From IMG/VR virus record IMGVR_UViG_3300017917_001342, positions 1 through 64,000 of that record: DNA of 64,000 nucleotides; one strand, 5' to 3'. Below, one piece after another: positions 43,810 through 51,875 of the stretch. Position numbers and translations under genes: made by a program. Numbering within the stretch: the first letter of the stretch is position 1; each line of letters starts with the position of its first letter. Below the pieces are notes generated by a model. It saw only the letters and a program-made list of their open reading frames with translations, ran no database searches and was not told the DNA's origin.

Positions 43810-44031
43810 TTATGCCCAAGCAGTCCTGATAATTTGGCCAGCAGGTACGTCTGCCAATTTGATACGCTCTGCACGGCGGCAATCAAATGCAACAGACCCA
43901 CACGCCGGACAACGATCTTCATAGTAACAAGTATGCGAATAATATCGCACATCGCCACAATATTTGCAGGTTAGACGCAGTGGATTAGTTTGATCAAACA
44001 GTTTAAGACTTTCCCATCTTGACATGGTCAT
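43810..44031 (-). CDS. Zinc-ribbon protein
   Basis: CKYC...CPAC. Confidence 0.6.
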   Translation of the reverse strand: MTMSRWESLKLFDQTNPLRLTCKYCGDVRYYSHTCYYEDRCPACGSVAFDCRRAERIKLADVPAGQIIRTAWA

Positions 44032-44336
44032 GCGTTAATACCTGCCATACGAAAATCTTCGTCATCAACTGACCAATTGTTGGTAGACTTTCTACGTGCA
44101 ATTATCTGTTCCATTAGCCATTGGTTAAGCTTGCAATCGTTAACAGAGATTCGTAGTTCTGGCGCAACTGCTGCAACTTCAGCCATGTGTTTGTGATAAT
44201 GTCGGCTGTTGGCAACATGATCGTCTGTCATTGTACCAAATGTAAAGACTGCACCTCGCATGGTACCCCATGAGATGTTTTCAAATACACCGTTGGCACG
44301 AGTAATCATTTCAGTTAGTTGATTTTCAAAATCCAT
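44028..44336 (-). CDS. Hypothetical protein
   Basis: GGAGG RBS. Confidence 0.7.
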   Translation of the reverse strand: MDFENQLTEMITRANGVFENISWGTMRGAVFTFGTMTDDHVANSRHYHKHMAEVAAVAPELRISVNDCKLNQWLMEQIIARRKSTNNWSVDDEDFRMAGINA

Positions 44337-44352
44337 CGCAGCCTCCTAAGGC

Positions 44353-44634
44353 TTAGTCGGTTGAATTTAGCTGTGCTTCAAGCGCATCAATACGTTCTTG
44401 ATACAGTTCTAGCAAGCCGCGAACGTCATCTTCTGTATAGAGACGCACAGGGAATTCATGTTCGCCGGGCGTACTCCAATGTTCACTGTAGTTGTGAATC
44501 ACACGCATCTTACCGAATACACTGCGAGCTTCTGGCGTATCTGGTAATGCGCGATGTTCACGATATGCTGCAACCGGCATACCGTGCCAATACTCATGTG
44601 TAGCAGTTCTAGTAATTGGTGCATCAGTTGTCAA
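44353..44634 (-). CDS. Hypothetical protein
   Basis: GGAG RBS, TTG start. Confidence 0.6.
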   Translation of the reverse strand: MTTDAPITRTATHEYWHGMPVAAYREHRALPDTPEARSVFGKMRVIHNYSEHWSTPGEHEFPVRLYTEDDVRGLLELYQERIDALEAQLNSTD

Positions 44635-44658
44635 AATTCATCTCCGTAATTGCAGCAC

Positions 44659-44814
44659 TTAGTCATCGTAGCCATCCCAATCTGCTTCATCAAAGTCATC
44701 GTCAAACTCATCTTCGCTGATATCCGCAGCAAGACGCTGCAAATAAGCTTCGCAGGCTTCGTAATAGCCATCGTATTGGTCTTCGGCATAGCGTTCTTCA
44801 TAGGTAACAGACAT
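44659..44814 (-). CDS. 51-aa highly acidic protein (not in ORF track)
   Basis: TAATG-coupled; MSVTYEERYAEDQYDGYYEACEAYLQRLAADISEDEFDDDFDEADWDGYDD. Confidence 0.65.
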   Translation of the reverse strand: MSVTYEERYAEDQYDGYYEACEAYLQRLAADISEDEFDDDFDEADWDGYDD

Positions 44815-45032
44815 TATGCAATCTCCTTGAGATCATCGGTGACACGAACAATTTCTTCATTGAGGTCGTTGATGGTTACTTGACCACCAACAAAACAGTT
44901 GTAAAGCGCATCCGCTTCACGAGTTTTCATTTTTTCAGTTGCAGGAAAACCGATAACTGCGTCCATGTATTCAAAGCGAAGCGTAACCAGTTTGTTGATA
45001 AGATACTTTGCAAGTTGGCGATTATCAAGCAT
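44814..45032 (-). CDS. Hypothetical early protein
   Basis: GAGG RBS; TTGACA at 45091-45086. Confidence 0.65.
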   Translation of the reverse strand: MLDNRQLAKYLINKLVTLRFEYMDAVIGFPATEKMKTREADALYNCFVGGQVTINDLNEEIVRVTDDLKEIA

Positions 45033-45087
45033 TTTGGTATCCTCTGTGCTAGTGTTGTGTTACATGTAGCACCGGTACTGTATAGTG

Positions 45088-45957
45088 TCAAGCAGTATTC
45101 TTGCCTAATTCTAAACGGTATTGATCAGCACACATATCTTCTAGTGTTTTAGTAAGCGTAACACGATCACTTAGTTTATCTACGACACATATCTCAGCAT
45201 CACCTAGTCGTCGTGGTGCAGAGACTGTGGGTATGCTGTGACCTGATACAGTACGCATTGCATCAACAACTTCTAACACAGTGTACCCACGATTACTGCC
45301 AATACATTCGTATGGAGTATTAGCAGGACCTAGGTCAACAGCATTGGTAATAGCGTTTGCAAGATCAACAACATGGACGTAGTCGCGGATAGCAGTCCCA
45401 TCCCTAGTAGGATAGTCCGTTCCGTAGATCTCAAGCCGTGCCAATTTATTCGCAGCAACCATAGCAGCAACCCTGATGAGATGAGTAGCATCACCAAGCT
45501 GCCTGTTTGTTCCGTCAGAACCGCTAACATTGAAAAAACGAAATATAGTGTATCCACTGGCCTTTTCCTTTATTACATCTTCTGCTGCAACTTTGCTGCG
45601 AGCATAAGGCGATTCCATAGCCCAAGCACTACTGGTACTGGCAAATATCATGTGTGGTGTTTTAACACGTTCTACAATGTTAGCTGTGCCCATTGTGTTA
45701 ACACGATAGTATTCTGTTGGCTCTAATAGACTCTGTGGCACTACACTGCGGCCTGCTAGATGCACAACAGCGTCAAACTCACCACTTATTCGATTTGTTA
45801 TATCGAAATTGTAAAATTCATCACACCAACTGCGAATGTCATTGTGTTCACCATGTATATTACGATCCCAGCCTGTGATGTAATGGCCGCGGTCTTTGAG
45901 AACCCTGCAAACATGACTGCCTATATAACCAGTTGCACCTGTAACTAACACTTTCAT
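45088..45957 (-). CDS. galE: NAD-dependent epimerase (UDP-glucose 4-epimerase-like)
   Basis: TGATGYIGSH, YARSK, GTDYPTRDGTAIRDYVHV.DLA. Confidence 0.9.
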   Translation of the reverse strand: MKVLVTGATGYIGSHVCRVLKDRGHYITGWDRNIHGEHNDIRSWCDEFYNFDITNRISGEFDAVVHLAGRSVVPQSLLEPTEYYRVNTMGTANIVERVKTPHMIFASTSSAWAMESPYARSKVAAEDVIKEKASGYTIFRFFNVSGSDGTNRQLGDATHLIRVAAMVAANKLARLEIYGTDYPTRDGTAIRDYVHVVDLANAITNAVDLGPANTPYECIGSNRGYTVLEVVDAMRTVSGHSIPTVSAPRRLGDAEICVVDKLSDRVTLTKTLEDMCADQYRLELGKNTA

Positions 45958-46718
45958 GATTTTGGCTTTTTACAAAAACGAGTGTTGCAATATATCACAT
46001 TGGCTTCCATATCGTGTGCAAGGTGATAAGCAGATTTCAACTCCCAAAATCCTAGTGTTTTGAGATACGCATCTATGTTTGGTTTAAGTGCTTGTCCTTC
46101 GTAGTAGGGTTTAATTCCAGCTTCTGTCATAACGACTTTGGTGTTTAGTAAGGTGTTTTTAGCACCTTTTAACACATCTAGTTCTGCACCCTGTACATCC
46201 ATCCATATGGCATCAATATCAGGTATGTGGTATTGCTTACGCCAATCGTCTAGAGCATAGCCCCAGACTTTTACAGATTTCTGTGCCCAATGTTCGTTGA
46301 TAAAACTGCCTTCGAGCCCTGGTATTAGTTTGTACTTGCTACCAACACCGCGATTGTATTTGGTTTCACTACGCTCTAAATCAACTGCGTTAAATTCCAA
46401 TATACCTGTGTGATCGTTGCCAGCCATGTTCCACAGCTTGATACGATTTTTAACTTCTGTGCGATTGATGTTTGCGTTACAGATAGGAATGTTATCTGCT
46501 GCTGCTTCAAATATGTGTATCTGTGCTGTTGGTAACAGTCTTGCTATTTCAACACTGTCTAATGCATCCCAACTGCCAATTTCCATTACAGTTTTTAAAC
46601 TGTCAAAATCGACTATGTCTGCAAGATGTTGAAAGCGGTCTTTAACTAAAACAGAATTGCTACCTGATTCTGCATATGTGCCCGCTGCGGCTAACCGTGC
46701 TGTGTATTCTTCGTTCAT
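45954..46718 (-). CDS. FkbM-family methyltransferase
   Basis: MEIGS, IDAIWMDVQGAELDVLKG, YEGQ; GGAG RBS before ATG 46718. Confidence 0.85.
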   Translation of the reverse strand: MNEEYTARLAAAGTYAESGSNSVLVKDRFQHLADIVDFDSLKTVMEIGSWDALDSVEIARLLPTAQIHIFEAAADNIPICNANINRTEVKNRIKLWNMAGNDHTGILEFNAVDLERSETKYNRGVGSKYKLIPGLEGSFINEHWAQKSVKVWGYALDDWRKQYHIPDIDAIWMDVQGAELDVLKGAKNTLLNTKVVMTEAGIKPYYEGQALKPNIDAYLKTLGFWELKSAYHLAHDMEANVIYCNTRFCKKPKS

Positions 46719-46768
46719 CAACATCTCCGAGTTTGATACTACAGTGTAATCAAACTCAGAGTCGAATA

Positions 46769-46936
46769 TCAATTTTTCTTGTAATAGGTATACACAAAAT
46801 ATATTGTAGCAATTACGACTACAATCAAACCTGGTATTGTCATAAACAGATAGGACATTAACACTGCAACAGTTGAAATTCCTATCACAACGAGACTGTA
46901 TATTCCATAGAGTATTGCTGCAATTGCAGTTAGCAT
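46769..46936 (-). CDS. 55-aa membrane protein (not in ORF track)
   Basis: MLTAIAAILYGIYSLVVIG...YYKKN*. Confidence 0.55.
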   Translation of the reverse strand: MLTAIAAILYGIYSLVVIGISTVAVLMSYLFMTIPGLIVVVIATIYFVYTYYKKN

Positions 46937-46939
46937 TGG

Positions 46940-47338
46940 TTAACCCCTACGGCTTTTGCTACCGACGGTGGTAAGATCAGTACCCGGTGTTGCATATTGC
47001 AGTCCACCTTTGTTGTAGAGCGGCATCACACGACTAGCTTTGTCAAGGATAGCTTTTTGAGTCTCAGGTGATTCTTTATGAAGATTTTCCATAATACCGT
47101 TTTTGTAACCATTACCAATGGTATTACCCAGAGGCACAGTGCTACGCTGATCTGCACGGTAATCAGGAATACTGTTAGGTGATGCTACACGTTTTTCGGT
47201 TTTGGTCTTAGTGCCAATACCCTGCTTCTTAAGCCATGCTTCATGTTCTTCTAGCGCACGACGCTGTTTGGCGTTGAGTTTAGTCTTGCCATTGTAGCGT
47301 GTGGTGGTAAGATATGGTCCGACAAGATGCATAGACAT
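46940..47338 (-). CDS. Basic hypothetical protein
   Basis: ORF, GAGA RBS. Confidence 0.7.
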   Translation of the reverse strand: MSMHLVGPYLTTTRYNGKTKLNAKQRRALEEHEAWLKKQGIGTKTKTEKRVASPNSIPDYRADQRSTVPLGNTIGNGYKNGIMENLHKESPETQKAILDKASRVMPLYNKGGLQYATPGTDLTTVGSKSRRG

Positions 47339-47352
47339 AGTAAAGTTCTCTG

Positions 47353-47676
47353 TTATTTAGATGCTGTTTTAGAGTTTGTGCTGTGATCATTAGCACGTTT
47401 AATTTCGTTTGCCAACTGTTTTTCTGCTAGCTTTCTACGAATATCGTGATTATAGATTTTGCGTTCTTCTGTTTTGATTTGTCGATATGCAAGCACGACA
47501 GAAATCACAGCCAATACCGATAATGGCAATACTATAGTCATGCCTGCAGGACCAAACATCACGGCAAGTACATACACTGTACCAATGATCGCAGCAGACG
47601 TTAAAAAGATAGCTGCTGTCATCAATGCCATGTTTTTACACGACAACCATGTTAGACGTTTAAAGTTAAATGACAT
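47353..47676 (-). CDS. Two-TM membrane protein
   Basis: GGAGG RBS at ATG 47676. Confidence 0.65.
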   Translation of the reverse strand: MSFNFKRLTWLSCKNMALMTAAIFLTSAAIIGTVYVLAVMFGPAGMTIVLPLSVLAVISVVLAYRQIKTEERKIYNHDIRRKLAEKQLANEIKRANDHSTNSKTASK

Positions 47677-47698
47677 GCTTGGCCTCCAATATAGCAGT

Positions 47699-47956
47699 TT
47701 AGTCGTCATAGCCTTTGCTGAGACTACGCAGAACACGAGCTTGATCACGTTCTTCTGAATCCAATCGCATTTTAGCAATGCCAAAGGTTGAATAACCAAT
47801 ACCGCCGACGATCAGTGCAATCACTGCGACGATGCGGTAGATTTCAGGGAGTAGCGAAAGTACATAGACAAACCCTAGTCCAACAACACATACCATCACA
47901 AATGACAGATAGGTTTTTGCCCAAATAATCGCTAGCCGTTTAGTGCGTTGCTGCAT
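47699..47956 (-). CDS. Two-TM membrane protein
   Basis: GGAG RBS; promoter TTGACT-16-TATTGT starting 48011. Confidence 0.65.
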   Translation of the reverse strand: MQQRTKRLAIIWAKTYLSFVMVCVVGLGFVYVLSLLPEIYRIVAVIALIVGGIGYSTFGIAKMRLDSEERDQARVLRSLSKGYDD

Positions 47957-48017
47957 GATCTGCTCCATATGTTGATTTATTATACAATAGCAGATCACGC
48001 AGCAAAGTCAATGAAAA

Positions 48018-48437
48018 TTATTCAGAAGGTGTATCTGCTTTAGGCTTGCGAGGTGCACGAGGCTTTTTAACAGCAGGCTTTTCAGCAACTGTGGGTTCTG
48101 CAACGGTTTCAGCCTTGGCTTTAGCAGTGCGCTTCTTAGTAGCAGCTTTGACTTCTTCAACTGTTTCGCTGAGATCTTCGGCAGCCTTTGATGCTACAGC
48201 AGCTACGTTCTTAGCAGTGTTTTCAGCAAGCTTTGCCGCAGCAGGAGCAATGTCGTTAGTGACTTTGTCGGCAACCTGTTTGGCAGTTGCAGTGACTTGC
48301 TCGGCAGCTACACTGGCAGCAGCTTCAACTTTGGCATAGACAGATCCCACTGCGGCCTGTGCTTTTGCAGCTTCAGCTTCAACTGCGGCAGACTGTTCAG
48401 CGGTTAGACCTAGTAGTTTTTTAATAGAATTCCACAT
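48018..48437 (-). CDS. Ala/Lys-rich protein with basic H1-like tail
   Basis: KPAVKKPRAPRKPK; AAGGA RBS. Confidence 0.7.
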   Translation of the reverse strand: MWNSIKKLLGLTAEQSAAVEAEAAKAQAAVGSVYAKVEAAASVAAEQVTATAKQVADKVTNDIAPAAAKLAENTAKNVAAVASKAAEDLSETVEEVKAATKKRTAKAKAETVAEPTVAEKPAVKKPRAPRKPKADTPSE

Positions 48438-48448
48438 AGTAGTGTTCC

Positions 48449-49198
48449 TTATGTTTGTTTCATAAATTTAGTGTTGACGTAGATTGCATTGACTTCGTAT
48501 TCGTGTGCTTGTTCTCTTGCAGATTCAAGTTCTACAAAACCCTTGCTTGCCAAATATTGATCAATATCAGGTTTCAGTGTATGGCCATGATAGTAGGGTT
48601 TCACACCAGCTTCTGTCATGATCACTTGAATATTTGCAAGTGTGTTCTCTGCGCCACGAAGTACATGCAATTCTGCACCTTGTACATCCATCCATATAGC
48701 ATCAACTGTTTCAACATTGGTTTCTCTGCACCAATCATCTAGTCTATAACCCTGTACAGTTGTAGACATCTGTGCATTGTGTTCCCATGGCCACATGTCT
48801 GGATTTTCCAGTTTTAGTAAACTACCCATACCAGTGTTGATTTTACCTTTGACTTCAGCAGCTTTGACTTCATCTACTGCATTGAATTCAATTGGACCTG
48901 TTGTGTCAGTTAGCGCAACTTGACTAAGACCGATTCGACTACGCACATGTGCAGGCTGTAGCATGTAGGTTTTTACGCAGCGTTCACAGTTTGCAATGCT
49001 GGGTTCAAATGCATGTACTTTGGCATCTGCAAACACTCTTGCAAGGTTTACACCTTCCCAACCATCCATTGCACCAATGTCTAGTATGTTACGCCAACTG
49101 TCGAGGTCAACTATTGGTAGTAGATGTTGTAGTCTTTCTGCTAGAACTGGCATGTTATAGCCAATGGGTGTTCTAATAAGTGCTTCGGTAATAGGCAT
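48449..49198 (-). CDS. FkbM-family methyltransferase (paralog of 45954..46718)
   Basis: LDIGA, AFEP, DAIWMDVQGAEL..L.GA, TEAG.KPYY.G..LKP.ID shared. Confidence 0.87.
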   Translation of the reverse strand: MPITEALIRTPIGYNMPVLAERLQHLLPIVDLDSWRNILDIGAMDGWEGVNLARVFADAKVHAFEPSIANCERCVKTYMLQPAHVRSRIGLSQVALTDTTGPIEFNAVDEVKAAEVKGKINTGMGSLLKLENPDMWPWEHNAQMSTTVQGYRLDDWCRETNVETVDAIWMDVQGAELHVLRGAENTLANIQVIMTEAGVKPYYHGHTLKPDIDQYLASKGFVELESAREQAHEYEVNAIYVNTKFMKQT

Positions 49199-49878
49199 TA
49201 TGCTTTCCTTCTAAATGCAGCGATGCCAAAATCTGTTGAGTCAGTACAGCATCTGATTTTTTCGTAGAGATTTTCGTCTACAGCTTCGAACAGTGCTGCA
49301 CAACCAGGATGACTGTTACTGTCGTGAAGTAATACCATACCGCCCGGTCTCAGCATGTCTGTGTATCGCCAATCATTTACACAGGTGTTAACGCTGTGCC
49401 AACCGTCAATAAACAGTAGATCTAATTGTGTAATACCTTTGTCAGACAAAAAATTTCGTATGCGTGTTTGATCATGGCTATTGCATTGCAGTGTCCATGT
49501 ATTGTTATCGGGATCATTGAGGTAGCTTTTATCATCAAGGTCAACACCGAGATAAAAAGATCCCTTGGGTCGTCCTTCCATTATGATTCTACTCATACTG
49601 CGTTCGTTACTGCGGTCTACACCAATTTCCATTGCAGCACGCAGAGACTCGCCAAAGTACAACATAACTTGTCTAACCGACTCTCTATTGCAATCAGATA
49701 TTTCTTGCTGCCCGGTCCATCCAAAAGGTGGTGCATCTTGATCATTGTTGACCTGAGGTTCAAGATCTGGAAAATACTTCAACCCTTGAATTGCAGTAGG
49801 TCTTGGTTTAATTAATTCTACAATTTTAGTATATGCGTCTAACACTGCAAACCTTTGTTTTAAAAATGGCAACACCAT
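49198..49878 (-). CDS. Class I SAM methyltransferase
   Basis: MEIGV, LDLLFIDGWHS, LRPGGMVLLHD. Confidence 0.82.
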   Translation of the reverse strand: MVLPFLKQRFAVLDAYTKIVELIKPRPTAIQGLKYFPDLEPQVNNDQDAPPFGWTGQQEISDCNRESVRQVMLYFGESLRAAMEIGVDRSNERSMSRIIMEGRPKGSFYLGVDLDDKSYLNDPDNNTWTLQCNSHDQTRIRNFLSDKGITQLDLLFIDGWHSVNTCVNDWRYTDMLRPGGMVLLHDSNSHPGCAALFEAVDENLYEKIRCCTDSTDFGIAAFRRKA

Positions 49879-49936
49879 AGCCTAACTTTATATTATGCTA
49901 TGGTGTTGCCGATTGTCAAAATTTTAGTGTACTGTT

Positions 49937-50419
49937 TTATGCAGCAATTGCACGTAGACTTTTGAGTCTATCAGCAGCATAGCTTGCAGCAAATGCTCGC
50001 GGCTTGACGAATGGGATTACGTTACAAGTACCACGAATGTAACCTATGGCCTGTTGAACAACACAGCTTGAACCATGCTTTTCATTTGGGTTAATGTCTA
50101 GGTGTACATCAATTACATGATCTGACAACAGTTCACTTAGCTTGAGGTAAAGTTCACTGACACGATAGACTTCATTCATCAATCGCATTTGAGGCTTGTC
50201 TTTTCTTTGATCGTAATCGATCTCGCGGTTTACGCTACCAAAGATCCTACAACCCTTATTGCCGTTAATGTGAACAACTACAGCAAGTGTGTAGTCCGCA
50301 TGCCAACGTCCGTCAACTCTTACACGTTCGCTATCGCAACCGATGTATAGTTTTGTTTCTGGTCCGCAGCTATCTACGAATTCTTTGATGTCGTTGAGGT
50401 TTATTTCACTTGGTAACAT
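49937..50419 (-). CDS. RNase H-like YkuK-family protein
   Basis: YIGCDS, RLM.EV, HLDINP, AASYAAD. Confidence 0.8.
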   Translation of the reverse strand: MLPSEINLNDIKEFVDSCGPETKLYIGCDSERVRVDGRWHADYTLAVVVHINGNKGCRIFGSVNREIDYDQRKDKPQMRLMNEVYRVSELYLKLSELLSDHVIDVHLDINPNEKHGSSCVVQQAIGYIRGTCNVIPFVKPRAFAASYAADRLKSLRAIAA

Positions 50420-50577
50420 GTTTTGGTCCCCCTTTCATGGGCCGTTTGTATCTATGCCATTACCATGGTCATACATCCTAAGGACTGTGGTTTCGCATTT
50501 GTACAAAAGATTTGCACAATGCATTGGTCGAGCAGTCCAAAGACTCGACGCAATGACGTTAATTGTGAATATTTATC
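50420..50577 (-). ncRNA. Candidate structured RNA or leader following late promoter GATAAATA
   Basis: Three to four consecutive hairpins, no convincing ORF. Confidence 0.4.
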
Positions 50578-50592
50578 TGCTGCTTTAACTGT

Positions 50593-50799
50593 CTATTCAG
50601 AAACAGCAGTCTCTGCGGCCAATGCTTTGCGAATCCAACGCATGAACAGCATGGCCTTGTCTTCAGGATTGAAGGTTGCATCCGCAGTATCATTCACAGG
50701 TACAGGGAACACGAATCCGTTTTCACAACGGTAATAGAGTTCACCCTTACGATAGAATTGAAATGTTACTCGGCCTTTGATGCAATCCTTGATATCCAT
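50593..50799 (-). CDS. Small hypothetical protein
   Basis: MDIKDCIKGRVTF...KAMLFMRWIRK; track start overlaps the tRNA. Confidence 0.7.
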   Translation of the reverse strand: MDIKDCIKGRVTFQFYRKGELYYRCENGFVFPVPVNDTADATFNPEDKAMLFMRWIRKALAAETAVSE

Positions 50800-50822
50800 G
50801 ATATTGTTCTTTTCTAAAATTA

Positions 50823-50912
50823 TGGCGGAGGGTGTGGGATTCGAACCCACGAGGGGCTTTCACCCCTGACGGTTTAGTAGACCGCTGTTTTCGACCGCTC
50901 AACCAACCCTCC
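50823..50912 (-). tRNA. tRNA-Ser, anticodon ACT
   Basis: GGAGGGT/ACCCTCC acceptor, GCGGT-CTACTAA-ACCGT anticodon arm, long variable arm, GTTCGAATC, G73, encoded CCA. Confidence 0.9.
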
Positions 50913-50921
50913 ATACTGTTA

Positions 50922-50950
50922 CTTATAGCAATAATTCACAGTGCTGTCAA
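50922..50950 (-). promoter_or_regulatory. Promoter for tRNA-Ser
   Basis: TTGACA-17-TATAAG with TG extension. Confidence 0.65.
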
Positions 50951-50953
50951 CTA

Positions 50954-51691
50954 TTAATCGTTCATCCAACTTGATACAACTAAATCAATTGCCGCAGCCT
51001 GTTCACTAGCCTTGCCCAAGAACACATGATCGAAATAGTCTTCGTTGATGTATTCGCTAGACTCTAAGTTATTGAGAATCTTCAGTGCTTTGCAATCAAA
51101 CAATAGACTATTCACATCAATAACTAGTCCACTAGTACCAACTACCACAATGCAGTCCTGTGGACGCAGTGCAGAAATAGTGTGATACATTACGCTGTAC
51201 AATGGTGCAGCTTCGTGAAAGAACACAATCTTAGGCCTGGTACCTTTGATGCTTTGACACTTACCATCTCTACCAGGACAACGATCAGTTTCACCTACTG
51301 CATCATAGCCAACTGACCATACATGACCGCAGGCATCGCAACGCATCTTAGTGAGTTCACCGTGTAGATGATGTACAGTTTTACAACCAGCACGTTCCAG
51401 TAGATCATCAACATTCTGTGTGAGAATCACTGTGTTGTAACTCTGTTCCCATTTAGCAATTTGTGTGTGCATTGCATTGGGTTTAACTGACGCAAGACCC
51501 TGCCTACGTGCATTATAAAATGTACGTACAAGATCCCAGTTCTTTTTCCAAGTGCGACCGTCTGCTACCTGTGTAACATCATAGCCTTCCCAGAGTCCAG
51601 TTGAACCACGAAAGGTAGCAATGCCACTGTCAGCACTGAGACCTGCTCCGCTTAGCACAACCAATGATGGTTTTCTGGGATCTGTTGTCAT
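50954..51691 (-). CDS. cobB: Sir2/CobB NAD-dependent deacylase
   Basis: GAGLSADSGIATFRG, TQNVD, HLHG, zinc-binding cysteines, VGTSG. Confidence 0.92.
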   Translation of the reverse strand: MTTDPRKPSLVVLSGAGLSADSGIATFRGSTGLWEGYDVTQVADGRTWKKNWDLVRTFYNARRQGLASVKPNAMHTQIAKWEQSYNTVILTQNVDDLLERAGCKTVHHLHGELTKMRCDACGHVWSVGYDAVGETDRCPGRDGKCQSIKGTRPKIVFFHEAAPLYSVMYHTISALRPQDCIVVVGTSGLVIDVNSLLFDCKALKILNNLESSEYINEDYFDHVFLGKASEQAAAIDLVVSSWMND

Positions 51692-51707
51692 AACGATTCT
51701 CTAATAA

Positions 51708-51784
51708 TGGCGGCCACGGTAGGACTCGAACCCACAACCTTCTCCTTAGGACGGAGCAGCTCTATCCAGTTGAGCTACGTAGCC
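51708..51784 (-). tRNA. tRNA-Arg, anticodon CCT
   Basis: GGCTACG/CGTGGCC acceptor, A20, GCTCC-GTCCTAA-GGAGA, GTTCGAGTC, CCA. Confidence 0.9.
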
Positions 51785-51875
51785 ATTTGTATTTTAATTT
51801 AGCATAGACTGATGTGTACTGTCAAGTACACTGTGCAATTTGCCAATAAATATCACATAATCGTCAAGGTATGCT

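Noticed and set aside
50420-50577. Hammerhead ribozyme, or a 29-aa ORF
   Set aside because: GAAA follows a stem but the CUGANGA core is absent; the ORF lacks an RBS
50800-50850. Track start of ORF 50593..50850
   Set aside because: Overlaps the tRNA-Ser 3' half; ATG 50799 is more plausible
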